Shown in pieces: positions 38,501 to 53,500 of a DNA stretch of 64,000 bases (positions are counted from its first letter, which is position 1; every line of letters starts with the position of its first letter). The stretch comes from Heptranchias perlo (taxonomy: Eukaryota): the NCBI RefSeq assembly GCF_035084215.1, contig NW_027139538.1:1-64000 (forward strand), in the 5' to 3' direction. The translations under genes were made by a program, and so were the position numbers. The notes below the pieces were generated by a model, which worked only from the letters and a program-made list of their open reading frames with translations, was not told where the DNA came from and searched no databases.

Positions 38501-41500
38501 TACCCAGTACTGTCTGTTGGTGGATGTCCTTGACTGTCAGTGTGACTGTTACCCAGTACTGTCTGTAGGTGGATGTCCTTGACTGTCGGTGTGACTGTTA
38601 CCCAGTACTGTCTGTAGGTGGATGTCCCTGACTGTCAGTGCGACTGTTACCCAGTACTGTCTGTAGGTGGATGTCCTTGACTGTCGGTGTGACTGTTACC
38701 CAGTACTGTCTGTAGGTGGATGTCCCTGACTGTCAGTGTGACTGTTACCCAGTACTGTCTGTCGGTGCATGTCCCTGACTGTCAGTGTGACTGTTACCCA
38801 GTACTGTCTGTAGGTGGATGTCCCTGACTGTCAGTGTGACTGTTACCCAGTACTGTCTGTGGGTGCATGTCCCTGACTGTCAGTGTGACTGTTACCCAGT
38901 ACTGTCTGTAGGTGCATGTCCCTGACTGTCAGTGTGACTGTTACCCAGTACTGTCTGTCGGTGCATGTCCCTGACTGTCAGTGTGACTGTTACCCAGTAC
39001 TGTCTGTAGGTGGATGTCCCTGACTGTCAGTGTGACTGTTACCCAGTACTGTCTGTAGGTGCATGTCCCTGACTGTCAGTGTGACTGTTACCCAGTACTG
39101 TCTGTAGGTGGATGTCCTTGACTGTCGGTGCGACTGTTAACCAGTACTGTCTGTAGGTGCATGTCCCTGACTGTCAGTGTGACTGTTACCCAGTACTGTC
39201 TGTCGGTGGATGTCCCTGACTGTCAGTGCGACTGTTACCCAGTACTGTCTGTAGGTGGATGTCCTTGACTGTCGGTGTGACTGTTACCGAGTACTGTCTG
39301 TAGGTGGATGTCCCTGACTGTCAGTGCGACTGTTACCCAGTACTGTCTGTAGGTGGATGTCCTTGACTGTCGGTGTGACTGTTACCCAGTACTGTCTGTA
39401 GGTGGATGTCCTTGACTGTCGGTGCGACTGTTACCCAGTACTGTCTGTAGGTGGATGTCCCTGACTGTCAGTGTGACTGTTTCCCAGTACTGTCTGTAGG
39501 TGCATGTCCCTGGCTGTCAGTGCGACTGTTACCCAGTACTGTCTGTAGGTGGATGTCCTTGACTGTCGGTGCGACTGTTACCCAGTACTGTCTGTAGGTG
39601 CATGTCCCTGACAGTCAGTGTGACTGTTACCCAGTACTGTCTGTAGGTGGATGTCCCTGACTGTCAGTGTGACTGTTACTCAGTACTGTCTGTAGGTGGA
39701 TGTCCCTGCCTGTCAGTGTGACTGTTACCCAGTACTGTCTGTGGGTGCATGTCCTTGACTGTCGGTGCGACTGTTACCCAGTACTGTCTGTAGGTGGATG
39801 TCCTTGACTGTCGGTGCGACTGTTACCCAGTACTGTCTGTAGGTGCATGTCCCTGACTGTCAGTGTGACTGTTACCCAGTACTGTCTGTAGGTTGATGTC
39901 CCTGTCGCTGTGACTGTTACTCAGTACTGTCTGTAGGTGCATGTCCCTGACTGTCGGTGTGACTGTTACCCAGTACTGTCTGTAGGTGCATGTCCCTGAC
40001 TGTCAGTGTGACTGTTACCCATTACTGTCTGTAGGTGGATGTCCCTGACTGTCAGTGTGACTGTTACCCAGTACTGTCTGTAGGTGCATGTCCCTGACTG
40101 TCAGTGTGACTGTTACCCAGTACTGTCTGTAGGTGCATGTCCCTGACTGTCAGTGCGACTGTTACCCAGTACTGTCTGTAGGTGGATGTCCCTGACTGTC
40201 GGTGCGACTGTTACCCAGTACTGTCTGTAGGTGCATGTCCCTGACTGTCAGTGTGACTGTTACCCAGTACTGTCTGTAGGTGCATGTCCCTGAATGTCAG
40301 TGTGACTGTTACCCAGTACTGTCTGTAGGTGCATGTCCCTGACTGTCAGTGTGACTGTTACCCAGTACTGTCTGCAGTTGCATGTCCCTGACTGTCAGTG
40401 TGACTGTTACCCAGTACTGTCTGTAGGTGCATGTCCCTGACTGTCAGTGTGACTGTTACCCAGTACTGTCTGTCGGTGCATGTCCCTGACTGTCAGTGTG
40501 ACTGTTACCCAGTACTGTCTGTAGGTGGATGTCCCTGACTGTCAGTGTGACTGTTACCCAGTACTGTCTGTAGGTGCATGTCCCTGACTGTCAGTGTGAC
40601 TGTTACCCTGTACCGTCTGTAGGTGCATGTCCCTGACTGTCAGTGTGACTGTTACCCAGTACTGTCTGTAGGTGGATGTCCCTGCCTGTCAGTGTGACTG
40701 TTACCCAGTACTGTCTGTGGGTGCATGTCCTTGACTGTCGGTGCGACTGTTACCCAGTACTGTCTGTAGGTGGATGTCCTTGACTGTCGGTGCGACTGTT
40801 ACCCGGTACTGTCTGTAGGTGCATGTCCCTGACTGTCAGTGTGACTGTTACCCAGTACTGTCTGTAGGTGCATGTCCCTGTCGGTGTGACTGTTACCCAG
40901 TACTGTCTGTAGGTGCATGTAACTGACTGTCGGTGTGACTGTTACCCAGTACTGTCTGTAGGTGCATGTCCCTGACTGTCAGTGTGACTGTTACCCAGTA
41001 CTGTCTGTAGGTGGATGTCCCTGACTGTCAGTGTGACTGTTACCCAGTACTGTCTGTCGGTGCATGTCCCTGACTGTCAGTGTGACTGTTACCCAGTACT
41101 GTCTGTAGGTGCATGTCCCTGACTGTCAGTGTGACTGTTACCCAGTACTGTCTGTAGGTGGATGTCCCTGACTGTCGGTGCGACTGTTACCCAGTACTGT
41201 CTGTAGGTGCATGTCCCTGACTGTCAGTGTGACTGTTACCCAGTACTGTCTGTAGGTGCATGTCCCTGACTGTCAGTGTGACTGTTACCCAGTACTGTCT
41301 GTAGGTGCATGTCCCTGACTGTCAGTGTGACTGTTACCCAGTACTGTCTGTAGGTGCATGTCCCTGACTGTCAGTGTGACTGTTTCCCAGTACTGTCTGT
41401 AGGTGCATGTCCCTGACTGTCGGTGCGACTGTTACCCAGTACTGTCTGTAGGTGGATGTCCCTGACTGTCAGTGTGACTGTTACCCAGTACTGACTGTAG

Positions 41501-44500
41501 GTGGATGTCCCTGACTGTCAGTGTGACTGTTTCCCAGTACTGTCTGTAGGTGCATGTCCCTGACTGTCGGTGCGACTGTTACCCAGTACTGTCTGTAGGT
41601 GCATGTCCCTGACTGTCAGTGTGACTGTTACCCAGTACTGTCTGTAGGTGCATGTCCCTGAATGTCAGTGTGACTGTTACCCAGTACTGTCTGTAGGTGC
41701 ATGTCCCTGACTGTCAGTGTGACTGTTACCCAGTACTGTCTGCAGTTGCATGTCCCTGACTGTCAGTGTGACTGTTACCCAGTACTGTCTGTAGGTGCAT
41801 GTCCCTGACTGTCAGTGTGACTGTTACCCAGTACTGTCTGTCGGTGCATGTCCCTGACTGTCAGTGTGACTGTTACCCAGTACTGTCTGTAGGTGGATGT
41901 CCCTGACTGTCAGTGTGACTGTTACCCAGTACTGTCTGTGGGTGCATGTCCCTGACTGTCAGTGTGACTGTTACCCAGTACTGTCTGTAGGTGCATGTCC
42001 CTGACTGTCAGTGTGACTGTTACCCAGTACTGTCTGTCGGTGCATGTCCCTGACTGTCAGTGTGACTGTTACCCAGTACTGTCTGTAGGTGGATGTCCCT
42101 GACTGTCAGTGTGACTGTTACCCAGTACTGTCTGTAGGTGCATGTCCCTGACTGTCAGTGTGACTGTTACCCAGTACCGTCTGTAGGTGCATGTCCCTGA
42201 CTGTCAGTGTGACTGTTACCCAGTACTGTCTGTAGGTGGATGTCCCTGCCTGTCAGTGTGACTGTTACCCAGTACTGTCTGTGGGTGCATGTCCTTGACT
42301 GTCGGTGCGACTGTTACCCAGTACTGTCTGTAGGTGGATGTCCTTGACTGTCGGTGCGACTGTTACCCGGTACTGTCTGTAGGTGCATGTCCCTGACTGT
42401 CAGTGTGACTGTTACCCAGTACTGTCTGTAGGTGCATGTCCCTGTCGGTGTGACTGTTACCCAGTACTGTCTGTAGGTGCATGTAACTGACTGTCGGTGT
42501 GACTGTTACCCAGTACTGTCTGTAGGTGCATGTCCCTGACTGTCAGTGTGACTGTTACCCAGTACTGTCTGTAGGTGGATGTCCCTGACTGTCAGTGTGA
42601 TTGTTACCCAGTACTGTCTGTCGGTGCATGTCCCTGACTGTCAGTGTGACTGTTACCCAGTACTGTCTGTAGGTGCATGTCCCTGACTGTCAGTGTGACT
42701 GTTACCCAGTACTGTCTGTAGGTGGATGTCCCTGACTGTCGGTGCGACTGTTACCCAGTACTGTCTGTAGGTGCATGTCCCTGACTGTCAGTGTGACTGT
42801 TACCCAGTACTGTCTGTGGGTGCATGTCCCTGACTGTCAGTGTGACTGTTACCCAGTACTGTCTGTAGGTGCATGTCCCTGACTGTCAGTGTGACTGTTA
42901 CCCAGTACTGTCTGTAGGTGCATGTCCCTGACTGTCAGTGTGACTGTTTCCCAGTACTGTCTGTAGGTGCATGTCCCTGACTGTCGGTGCGACTGTTACC
43001 CAGTACTGTCTGTAGGTGGATGTCCCTGACTGTCAGTGTGACTGTTACCCAGTACTGACTGTAGGTGGATGTCCCTGACTGTCAGTGTGACTGTTTCCCA
43101 GTACTGTCTGTAGGTGCATGTCCCTGACTGTCGGTGCGACTGTTACCCAGTACTGTCTGTAGGTGGATGTCCCTGACTGTCAGTGTGACTGTTACCCAGT
43201 ACTGTCTGTAGGTGCATGTCCCTGACTGTCGGTGCGACTGTTACCCAGTACTGTCTGTAGGTGCATGTCCCTGACTGTCAGTGTGACTGTTACCCAGTAC
43301 TGTCTGTAGGTGGATGTCCTTGACTGTCGGTGCGACTGTTACCCAGTACTGTCTGTAGGTGGATGTCCCTGAGTGTTGGTGCGACTGTTACCCAGCACTG
43401 TCTGTAGGTGCATGTCCCTGACTGTCAGTGTGACTGTTACCCAGTACTGTCTGTAGGTGGATGTCCTTGACTGTCGGTGCGACTGTTACCCAGTACTGTC
43501 TGTAGGTGGATGTCCCTGACTGTCAGTGTGACTGTTACCCAGTACTGTCTGTGGGTGCATGTCCCTGACTTTCGGTGCGACTGTTACCCAGTACTGTCTG
43601 TAGGTGGATGTCCATGACTGTCAGTGTGACTGTTACCCAGTACTGTCTGTAGGTGCATGTCCCTGAGTGTCAGTGTGACTGTTTCCCAGTACTGTCTGTA
43701 GGTGCATGTCCCTGACTGTCAGTGTGACTGTTACCCAGTACTGTCTGTTGGTGGATGTCCTTGACTGTCAGTGTGACTGTTACCCAGTACTGTCTGTAGG
43801 TGGATGTCCTTGACTGTCGGTGTGACTGTTACCCAGTACTGTCTGTAGGTGGATGTCCCTGACTGTCAGTGCGACTGTTACCCAGTACTGTCTGTAGTTG
43901 GATGTCCTTGACTGTCGGTGTGACTGTTATCCAGTACTGTCTGTAGGTGGATGTCCCTGACTGTCAGTGCGACTGTTACCCAGTACTGTCTGTAGGTGGA
44001 TGTCCTTGACTGTCGGTGCGACTGTTAACCAGTACTGTCTGTAGGTGCATGTCCCTGACTGTCAGTGTGACTGTTACCCAGTACTGTCTGTCGGTGGATG
44101 TCCCTGACTGTCAGTGTGACTGTTACCCAGTACTGTCTGTAGGTGCATGTCCCTGACTGTCAGTGTGACTGTTACCCAGTACTGTCTGTAGGTGGATGTC
44201 CTTGACTGTCGGTGCGACTGTTACCCAGTACTGTCTGTAGGTGCATGTCCCTGACAGTCAGTGTGACTGTTACCCAGTACTGTCTGTAGGTGGATGTCCC
44301 TGACTGTCAGTGTGACTGTTACTCAGTACTGTCTGTAGGTGGATGTCCCTGCCTGTCAGTGTGACTGTTACCCAGTACTGTCTGTGGGTGCATGTCCTTG
44401 ACTGTCGGTGCGACTGTTACCCAGTACTGTCTGTAGGTGGATGTCCTTGACTGTCGGTGCGACTGTTACCCAGTACTGTCTGTAGGTGCATGTCCCTGAC

Positions 44501-47500
44501 TGTCAGTGTGACTGTTACCCAGTACTGTCTGTAGGTTGATGTCCCTGTCGCTGTGACTGTTACCCAGTACTGTCTGTAGGTGCATGTCCCTGACTGTCGG
44601 TGTGACTGTTACCCAGTACTGTCTGTAGGTGCATGTCCCTGACTGTCAGTGTGACTGTTACCCATTACTGTCTGTAGGTGGATGTCCCTGACTGTCAGTG
44701 TGACTGTTACCCAGTACTGTCTGTAGGTGCATGTCCCTGACTGTCAGTGTGACTGTTACCCAGTACTGTCTGTAGGTGCATGTCCCTGACTGTCAGTGCG
44801 ACTGTTACCCAGTACTGTCTGTAGGTGGATGTCCCTGACTGTCGGTGCGACTGTTACCCAGTACTGTCTGTAGGTGCATGTCCCTGACTGTCAGTGTGAC
44901 TGTTACCCAGTACTGTCTGTAGGTGCATGTCCCTGAATGTCAGTGTGACTGTTACCCAGTACTGTCTGTAGGTGCATGTCCCTGACTGTCAGTGTGACTG
45001 TTACCCAGTACTGTCTGCAGTTGCATGTCCCTGACTGTCAGTGTGACTGTTACCCAGTACTGTCTGTAGGTGCATGTCCCTGACTGTCAGTGTGACTGTT
45101 ACCCAGTACTGTCTGTCGGTGCATGTCCCTGACTGTCAGTGTGACTGTTACCCAGTACTGTCTGTAGGTGGATGTCCCTGACTGTCAGTGTGACTGTTAC
45201 CCAGTACTGTCTGTAGGTGCATGTCCCTGACTGTCAGTGTGACTGTTACCCAGTACCGTCTGTAGGTGCATGTCCCTGACTGTCAGTGTGACTGTTACCC
45301 AGTACTGTCTGTAGGTGGATGTCCCTGCCTGTCAGTGTGACTGTTACCCAGTACTGTCTGTGGGTGCATGTCCTTGACTGTCGGTGCGACTGTTACCCAG
45401 TACTGTCTGTAGGTGGATGTCCTTGACTGTCGGTGCGACTGTTACCCGGTACTGTCTGTAGGTGCATGTCCCTGACTGTCAGTGTGACTGTTACCCAGTA
45501 CTGTCTGTAGGTGCATGTCCCTGTCGGTGTGACTGTTACCCAGTACTGTCTGTAGGTGCATGTAACTGACTGTCGGTGTGACTGTTACCCAGTACTGTCT
45601 GTAGGTGCATGTCCCTGACTGTCAGTGTGACTGTTACCCAGTACTGTCTGTAGGTGGATGTCCCTGACTGTCAGTGTGATTGTTACCCAGTACTGTCTGT
45701 CGGTGCATGTCCCTGACTGTCAGTGTGACTGTTACCCAGTACTGTCTGTAGGTGCATGTCCCTGACTGTCAGTGTGACTGTTACCCAGTACTGTCTGTAG
45801 GTGGATGTCCCTGACTGTCGGTGCGACTGTTACCCAGTACTGTCTGTAGGTGCATGTCCCTGACTGTCAGTGTGACTGTTACCCAGTACTGTCTGTAGGT
45901 GCATGTCCCTGACTGTCAGTGTGACTGTTACCCAGTACTGTCTGTAGGTGCATGTCCCTGACTGTCAGTGTGACTGTTACCCAGTACTGTCTGTAGGTGC
46001 ATGTCCCTGACTGTCAGTGTGACTGTTTCCCAGTACTGTCTGTAGGTGCATGTCCCTGACTGTCGGTGCGACTGTTACCCAGTACTGTCTGTAGGTGGAT
46101 GTCCCTGACTGTCAGTGTGACTGTTACCCAGTACTGACTGTAGGTGGATGTCCCTGACTGTCAGTGTGACTGTTTCCCAGTACTGTCTGTAGGTGCATGT
46201 CCCTGACTGTCGGTGCGACTGTTACCCAGTACTGTCTGTAGGTGGATGTCCCTGACTGTCAGTGTGACTGTTACCCAGTACTGTCTGTAGGTGCATGTCC
46301 CTGACTGTCGGTGCGACTGTTACCCAGTACTGTCTGTAGGTGCATGTCCCTGACTGTCAGTGTGACTGTTACCCAGTACTGTCTGTAGGTGCATGTCCCT
46401 GACTGTCAGTGTGACTGTTTCCCAGTACTGTCTGTAGGTGCATGTCCCTGACTGTCGGTGCGACTGTTACCCAGTACTGTCTGTAGGTGGATGTCCCTGA
46501 CTGTCGGTGTGACTGTTACCCAGTACTGTCTGTAGATGCATGTCCCTGACTGTCAGTGTGACTGTTACCCATTACTGTCTGTAGGTGGATGTCCCTGACT
46601 GTCAGTGTGACTGTTACCCAGTACTGTCTGTAGGTGCATGTCCCTGACTGTCAGTGTGACTGTTACCCAGTACTGTCTGTAGGTGCATGTCCCTGACTGT
46701 CAGTGCGACTGTTACCCAGTACTGTCTGTAGGTGGATGTCCCTGACTGTCGGTGCGACTGTTAACCAGTACTGTCTGTAGGTGCATGTCCCTGACTGTCA
46801 GTGTGACTGTTACCCAGTACTGTCTGTAGGTGCATGTCCCTGAATGTCAGTGTGACTGTTACCCAGTACTGTCTGTAGGTGCATGTCCCTGACTGTCAGT
46901 GTGACTGTTACCCAGTACTGTCTGTAGGTGCATGTCCCTGACTGTCAGTGTGACTGTTACCCAGTACTGTCTGTAGGTGCATGTCCCTGACTGTCAGTGT
47001 GACTGTTACCCAGTACTGTCTGTCGGTGCATGTCCCTGACTGTCAGTGTGACTGTTACCCAGTACTGTCTGTAGGTGGATGTCCCTGACTGTCAGTGTGA
47101 CTGTTACCCAGTACTGTCTGTAGGTGCATGTCCCTGACTGTCAGTGTGACTGTTACCCAGTACCGTCTGTAGGTGCATGTCCCTGACTGTCAGTGTGACT
47201 GTTACCCAGTACTGTCTGTAGGTGGATGTCCCTGCCTGTCAGTGTGACTGTTAACCAGTACTGTCTGTGGGTGCATGTCCTTGACTGTCGGTGCGACTGT
47301 TACCCAGTACTGTCTGTAGGTGGATGTCCTTGACTGTCGGTGCGACTGTTACCCAGTACTGTCTGTAGATGCATGTCCCTGACTGTCAGTGTGACTGTTA
47401 CCCAGTACTGTCTGTAGGTGCATGTCCCTGTCGGTGTGACTGTTACCCAGTACTGTCTGTAGGTGCATGTAACTGACTGTCGGTGTGACTGTTACCCAGT

Positions 47501-50500
47501 ACTGTCTGTAGGTGCATGTCCCTGACTGTCGGTGCGACTGTTACCCAGTACTGTCTGTAGGTGCATGTCCCTGACTGTCAGTGTGACTGTTACCCAGTAC
47601 TGTCTGTAGGTGCATGGCCCTGACTGTCGGTCTGACTGTTACCCAGTACTGTCTGTAGGTGCATGTCCCTGACTGTCAGTGTGACTGTTACCCAGTACTG
47701 TCTGTAGGTGGATGTCCTTGACTGTCGGTGCGACTGTTACCCAGTACTGTCTGTAGGTGGATGTCCCTGAGTGTTGGTGCGACTGTTACCCAGCACTGTC
47801 TGTAGGTGCATGTCCCTGACTGTCAGTGTGACTGTTACCCAGTACTGTCTGTAGGTGGATGTCCTTGACTGTCGGTGCGACTGTTACCCAGTACTGTCTG
47901 TAGGTGGATGTCCCTGACTGTCAGTGTGACTGTTACCCAGTACTGTCTGTGGGTGCATGTCCCTGACTTTCGGTGCGACTGTTACCCAGTACTGTCTGTA
48001 GGTGGATGTCCATGACTGTCAGTGTGACTGTTACCCAGTACTGTCTGTAGGTGCATGTCCCTGAGTGTCAGTGTGACTGTTTCCCAGTACTGTCTGTAGG
48101 TGCATGTCCCTGACTGTCAGTGTGACTGTTACCCAGTACTGTCTGTTGGTGGATGTCCTTGACTGTCAGTGTGACTGTTACCCAGTACTGTCTGTAGGTG
48201 GATGTCCTTGACTGTCGGTGTGACTGTTACCCAGTACTGTCTGTAGGTGGATGTCCCTGACTGTCAGTGCGACTGTTACCCAGTACTGTCTGTAGTTGGA
48301 TGTCCTTGACTGTCGGTGTGACTGTTATCCAGTACTGTCTGTAGGTGGATGTCCCTGACTGTCAGTGCGACTGTTACCCAGTACTGTCTGTAGGTGGATG
48401 TCCTTGACTGTCGGTGCGACTGTTAACCAGTACTGTCTGTAGGTGCATGTCCCTGACTGTCAGTGTGACTGTTACCCAGTACTGTCTGTCGGTGGATGTC
48501 CCTGACTGTCAGTGCGACTGTTACCCAGTACTGTCTGTAGGTGGATGTCCTTGACTGTCGGTGTGACTGTTACCGAGTACTGTCTGTAGGTGGATGTCCC
48601 TGACTGTCAGTGCGACTGTTACCCAGTACTGTCTGTAGGTGGATGTCCTTGACTGTCGGTGTGACTGTTACCCAGTACTGTCTGTAGGTGGATGTCCTTG
48701 ACTGTCGGTGCGACTGTTACCCAGTACTGTCTGTAGGTGGATGTCCCTGACTGTCAGTGTGACTGTTTCCCAGTACTGTCTGTAGGTGCATGTCCCTGGC
48801 TGTCAGTGCGACTGTTACCCAGTACTGTCTGTAGGTGGATGTCCTTGACTGTCGGTGCGACTGTTACCCAGTACTGTCTGTAGGTGCATGTCCCTGACAG
48901 TCAGTGTGACTGTTACCCAGTACTGTCTGTAGGTGGATGTCCCTGACTGTCAGTGTGACTGTTACTCAGTACTGTCTGTAGGTGGATGTCCCTGCCTGTC
49001 AGTGTGACTGTTACCCAGTACTGTCTGTGGGTGCATGTCCTTGACTGTCGGTGCGACTGTTACCCAGTACTGTCTGTAGGTGGATGTCCTTGACTGTCGG
49101 TGCGACTGTTACCCAGTACTGTCTGTAGGTGCATGTCCCTGACTGTCAGTGTGACTGTTACCCAGTACTGTCTGTAGGTTGATGTCCCTGTCGCTGTGAC
49201 TGTTACCCAGTACTGTCTGTAGGTGCATGTCCCTGACTGTCGGTGTGACTGTTACCCAGTACTGTCTGTAGGTGCATGTCCCTGACTGTCAGTGTGACTG
49301 TTACCCATTACTGTCTGTAGGTGGATGTCCCTGACTGTCAGTGTGACTGTTACCCAGTACTGTCTGTAGGTGCATGTCCCTGACTGTCAGTGTGACTGTT
49401 ACCCAGTACTGTCTGTAGGTGCATGTCCCTGACTGTCAGTGCGACTGTTACCCAGTACTGTCTGTAGGTGGATGTCCCTGACTGTCGGTGCGACTGTTAC
49501 CCAGTACTGTCTGTAGGTGCATGTCCCTGACTGTCAGTGTGACTGTTACCCAGTACTGTCTGTAGGTGCATGTCCCTGAATGTCAGTGTGACTGTTACCC
49601 AGTACTGTCTGTAGGTGCATGTCCCTGACTGTCAGTGTGACTGTTACCCAGTACTGTCTGCAGTTGCATGTCCCTGACTGTCAGTGTGACTGTTACCCAG
49701 TACTGTCTGTAGGTGCATGTCCCTGACTGTCAGTGTGACTGTTACCCAGTACTGTCTGTCGGTGCATGTCCCTGACTGTCAGTGTGACTGTTACCCAGTA
49801 CTGTCTGTAGGTGGATGTCCCTGACTGTCAGTGTGACTGTTACCCAGTACTGTCTGTAGGTGCATGTCCCTGACTGTCAGTGTGACTGTTACCCAGTACC
49901 GTCTGTAGGTGCATGTCCCTGACTGTCAGTGTGACTGTTACCCAGTACTGTCTGTAGGTGGATGTCCCTGCCTGTCAGTGTGACTGTTTCCCAGTACTGT
50001 CTGTGGGTGCATGTCCTTGACTGTCGGTGCGACTGTTACCCAGTACTGTCTGTAGGTGGATGTCCTTGACTGTCGGTGCGACTGTTACCCGGTACTGTCT
50101 GTAGGTGCATGTCCCTGACTGTCAGTGTGACTGTTACCCAGTACTGTCTGTAGGTGCATGTCCCTGTCGGTGTGACTGTTACCCAGTACTGTCTGTAGGT
50201 GCATGTAACTGACTGTCGGTGTGACTGTTACCCAGTACTGTCTGTAGGTGCATGTCCCTGACTGTCAGTGTGACTGTTACCCAGTACTGTCTGTAGGTGG
50301 ATGTCCCTGACTGTCAGTGTGACTGTTACCCAGTACTGTCTGTCGGTGCATGTCCCTGACTGTCAGTGTGACTGTTACCCAGTACTGTCTGTAGGTGCAT
50401 GTCCCTGACTGTCAGTGTGACTGTTACCCAGTACTGTCTGTAGGTGGATGTCCCTGACTGTCGGTGCGACTGTTACCCAGTACTGTCTGTAGGTGCATGT

Positions 50501-53500
50501 CCCTGACTGTCAGTGTGACTGTTACCCAGTACTGTCTGTAGGTGCATGTCCCTGACTGTCAGTGTGACTGTTACCCAGTACTGTCTGTAGGTGCATGTCC
50601 CTGACTGTCAGTGTGACTGTTACCCAGTACTGTCTGTAGGTGCATGTCCCTGACTGTCAGTGTGACTGTTTCCCAGTACTGTCTGTAGGTGCATGTCCCT
50701 GACTGTCGGTGCGACTGTTACCCAGTACTGTCTGTAGGTGGATGTCCCTGACTGTCAGTGTGACTGTTACCCAGTACTGACTGTAGGTGGATGTCCCTGA
50801 CTGTCAGTGTGACTGTTTCCCAGTACTGTCTGTAGGTGCATGTCCCTGACTGTCGGTGCGACTGTTACCCAGTACTGTCTGTAGGTGGATGTCCCTGACT
50901 GTCAGTGTGACTGTTACCCAGTACTGTCTGTAGGTGCATGTCCCTGACTGTCGGTGCGACTGTTACCCAGTACTGTCTGTAGGTGCATGTCCCTGACTGT
51001 CAGTGTGACTGTTACCCAGTACTGTCTGTAGGTGCATGTCCCTGACTGTCAGTGTGACTGTTTCCCAGTACTGTCTGTAGGTGCATGTCCCTGACTGTCG
51101 GTGCGACTGTTACCCAGTACTGTCTGTAGGTGGATGTCCCTGACTGTCGGTGTGACTGTTACCCAGTACTCTCTGTAGGTGCATGTCCCTGACTGTCAGT
51201 GTGACTGTTACCCATTACTGTCTGTAGGTGGATGTCCCTGACTGTCAGTGTGACTGTTACCCAGTACTGTCTGTAGGTGCATGTCCCTGACTGTCAGTGT
51301 GACTGTTACCCAGTACTGTCTGTAGGTGCATGTCCCTGACTGTCAGTGCGACTGTTACCCAGTACTGTCTGTAGGTGGATGTCCCTGACTGTCGGTGCGA
51401 CTGTTACCCAGTACTGTCTGTAGGTGCATGTCCCTGACTGTCAGTGTGACTGTTACCCAGTACTGTCTGTAGGTGCATGTCCCTGAATGTCAGTGTGACT
51501 GTTACCCAGTACTGTCTGTAGGTGCATGTCCCTGACTGTCAGTGTGACTGTTACCCAGTACTGTCTGTAGGTGCATGTCCCTGACTGTCAGTGTGACTGT
51601 TACCCAGTACTGTCTGTAGGTGCATGTCCCTGACTGTCAGTGTGACTGTTACCCAGTACTGTCTGTCGGTGCATGTCCCTGACTGTCAGTGTGACTGTTA
51701 CCCAGTACTGTCTGTAGGTGGATGTCCCTGACTGTCAGTGTGACTGTTACCCAGTACTGTCTGTAGGTGCATGTCCCTGACTGTCAGTGTGACTGTTACC
51801 CAGTACCGTCTGTAGGTGCATGTCCCTGACTGTCAGTGTGACTGTTACCCAGTACTGTCTGTAGGTGGATGTCCCTGCCTGTCAGTGTGACTGTTAACCA
51901 GTACTGTCTGTGGGTGCATGTCCTTGACTGTCGGTGCGACTGTTACCCAGTACTGTCTGTAGGTGGATGTCCTTGACTGTCGGTGCGACTGTTACCCAGT
52001 ACTGTCTGTAGATGCATGTCCCTGACTGTCAGTGTGACTGTTACCCAGTACTGTCTGTAGGTGCATGTCCCTGTCGGTGTGACTGTTACCCAGTACTGTC
52101 TGTAGGTGCATGTAACTGACTGTCGGTGTGACTGTTACCCAGTACTGTCTGTAGGTGCATGTCCCTGACTGTCGGTGCGACTGTTACCCAGTACTGTCTG
52201 TAGGTGCATGTCCCTGACTGTCAGTGTGACTGTTACCCAGTACTGTCTGTAGGTGCATGTCCCTGACTGTCAGTGTGACTGTTACCCAGTACTGTCTGTA
52301 GGTGCATGTCCCTGACTGTCAGTGTGACTGTTACCCAGTACTGTCTGTAGGTGCATGTCCCTGACTGTCAGTGTGACTGTTACCCAGTACTGTCTGTAGG
52401 TGCATGTCCCTGACTGTCAGTGTGACTGTTTCCCAGTACTGTCTGTAGGTGCATGTCCCTGACTGTCGGTGCGACTGTTACCCAGTACTGTCTGTAGGTG
52501 GATGTCCCTGACTGTCAGTGTGACTGTTACCCAGTACTGACTGTAGGTGGATGTCCCTGACTGTCAGTGTGACTGTTTCCCAGTACTGTCTGTAGGTGCA
52601 TGTCCCTGACTGTCGGTGCGACTGTTACCCAGTACTGTCTGTTGGTGGATGTCCTTGACTGTCAGTGCGACTGTTACCCAGTACTGTCTGTAGGTGCATG
52701 TCCTTGACTGTCAGTGTGACTGTTACCCAGTACTGTCTGTAGGTGCATGTCCCTGACTGTCAGTGTGACTGTTACCCAGTACTGTCTGTAGGTGGATGTC
52801 CTTGACTGTCGGTGTGACTGTTACCCAGTACTGTCTGTAGGTGCATGTCCCTGACTGTCAGTGCGACTGTTACCCAGTACTGTCTGTAGGTGGATGTCCC
52901 TGACTGTCAGTGTGACTGTTACCCAGTACTGTCTGTAGGTGGATGTCCCTGACCGTCAGTGTGACTGTTACCCAGTACTGTCTGTAGGTGCATGTCCCTG
53001 ACTGTCAGTGTGACTGTTACCCAGTACTGTCTGTAGGTGCATGTCCCTGACTGTCAGTATGACTGTTACCCAGTACTGTCTGTAGGTGGATGTCCTTGAC
53101 TGTCGGTGTGACTGTTACCCAGTACTGTCTGTAGGTGGATGTCCTTGACTGTCGGTGTGACTGTTACCCAGTACTGTCTGTTGGTGGATGTCCCTGACTG
53201 TCAGTGTGACTGTTACCCAGTATTGTCTGTAGGTGGATGTCCCTGACTGTCGGTGCGACTGTTACCCAGTACTGTCTGTAGGTGGATGGCCCTGACTGTC
53301 GGTGCGACTGTCACCCAGTACTGTCTGTAGGTGCATGGCCCTGACTGTCGGTGTGACTGTTACCCAGTACTGTCTGTAGGTGCAGGTCCATGACTGTCAG
53401 TGTGACTGTTACCCAGTACTGTCTGTAGGTGGATGTCCTTGACTGTCGGTGCGACTGTTACCCAGTACTGTCTGTAGGTGGATGTCCCTGACTGTTGGTG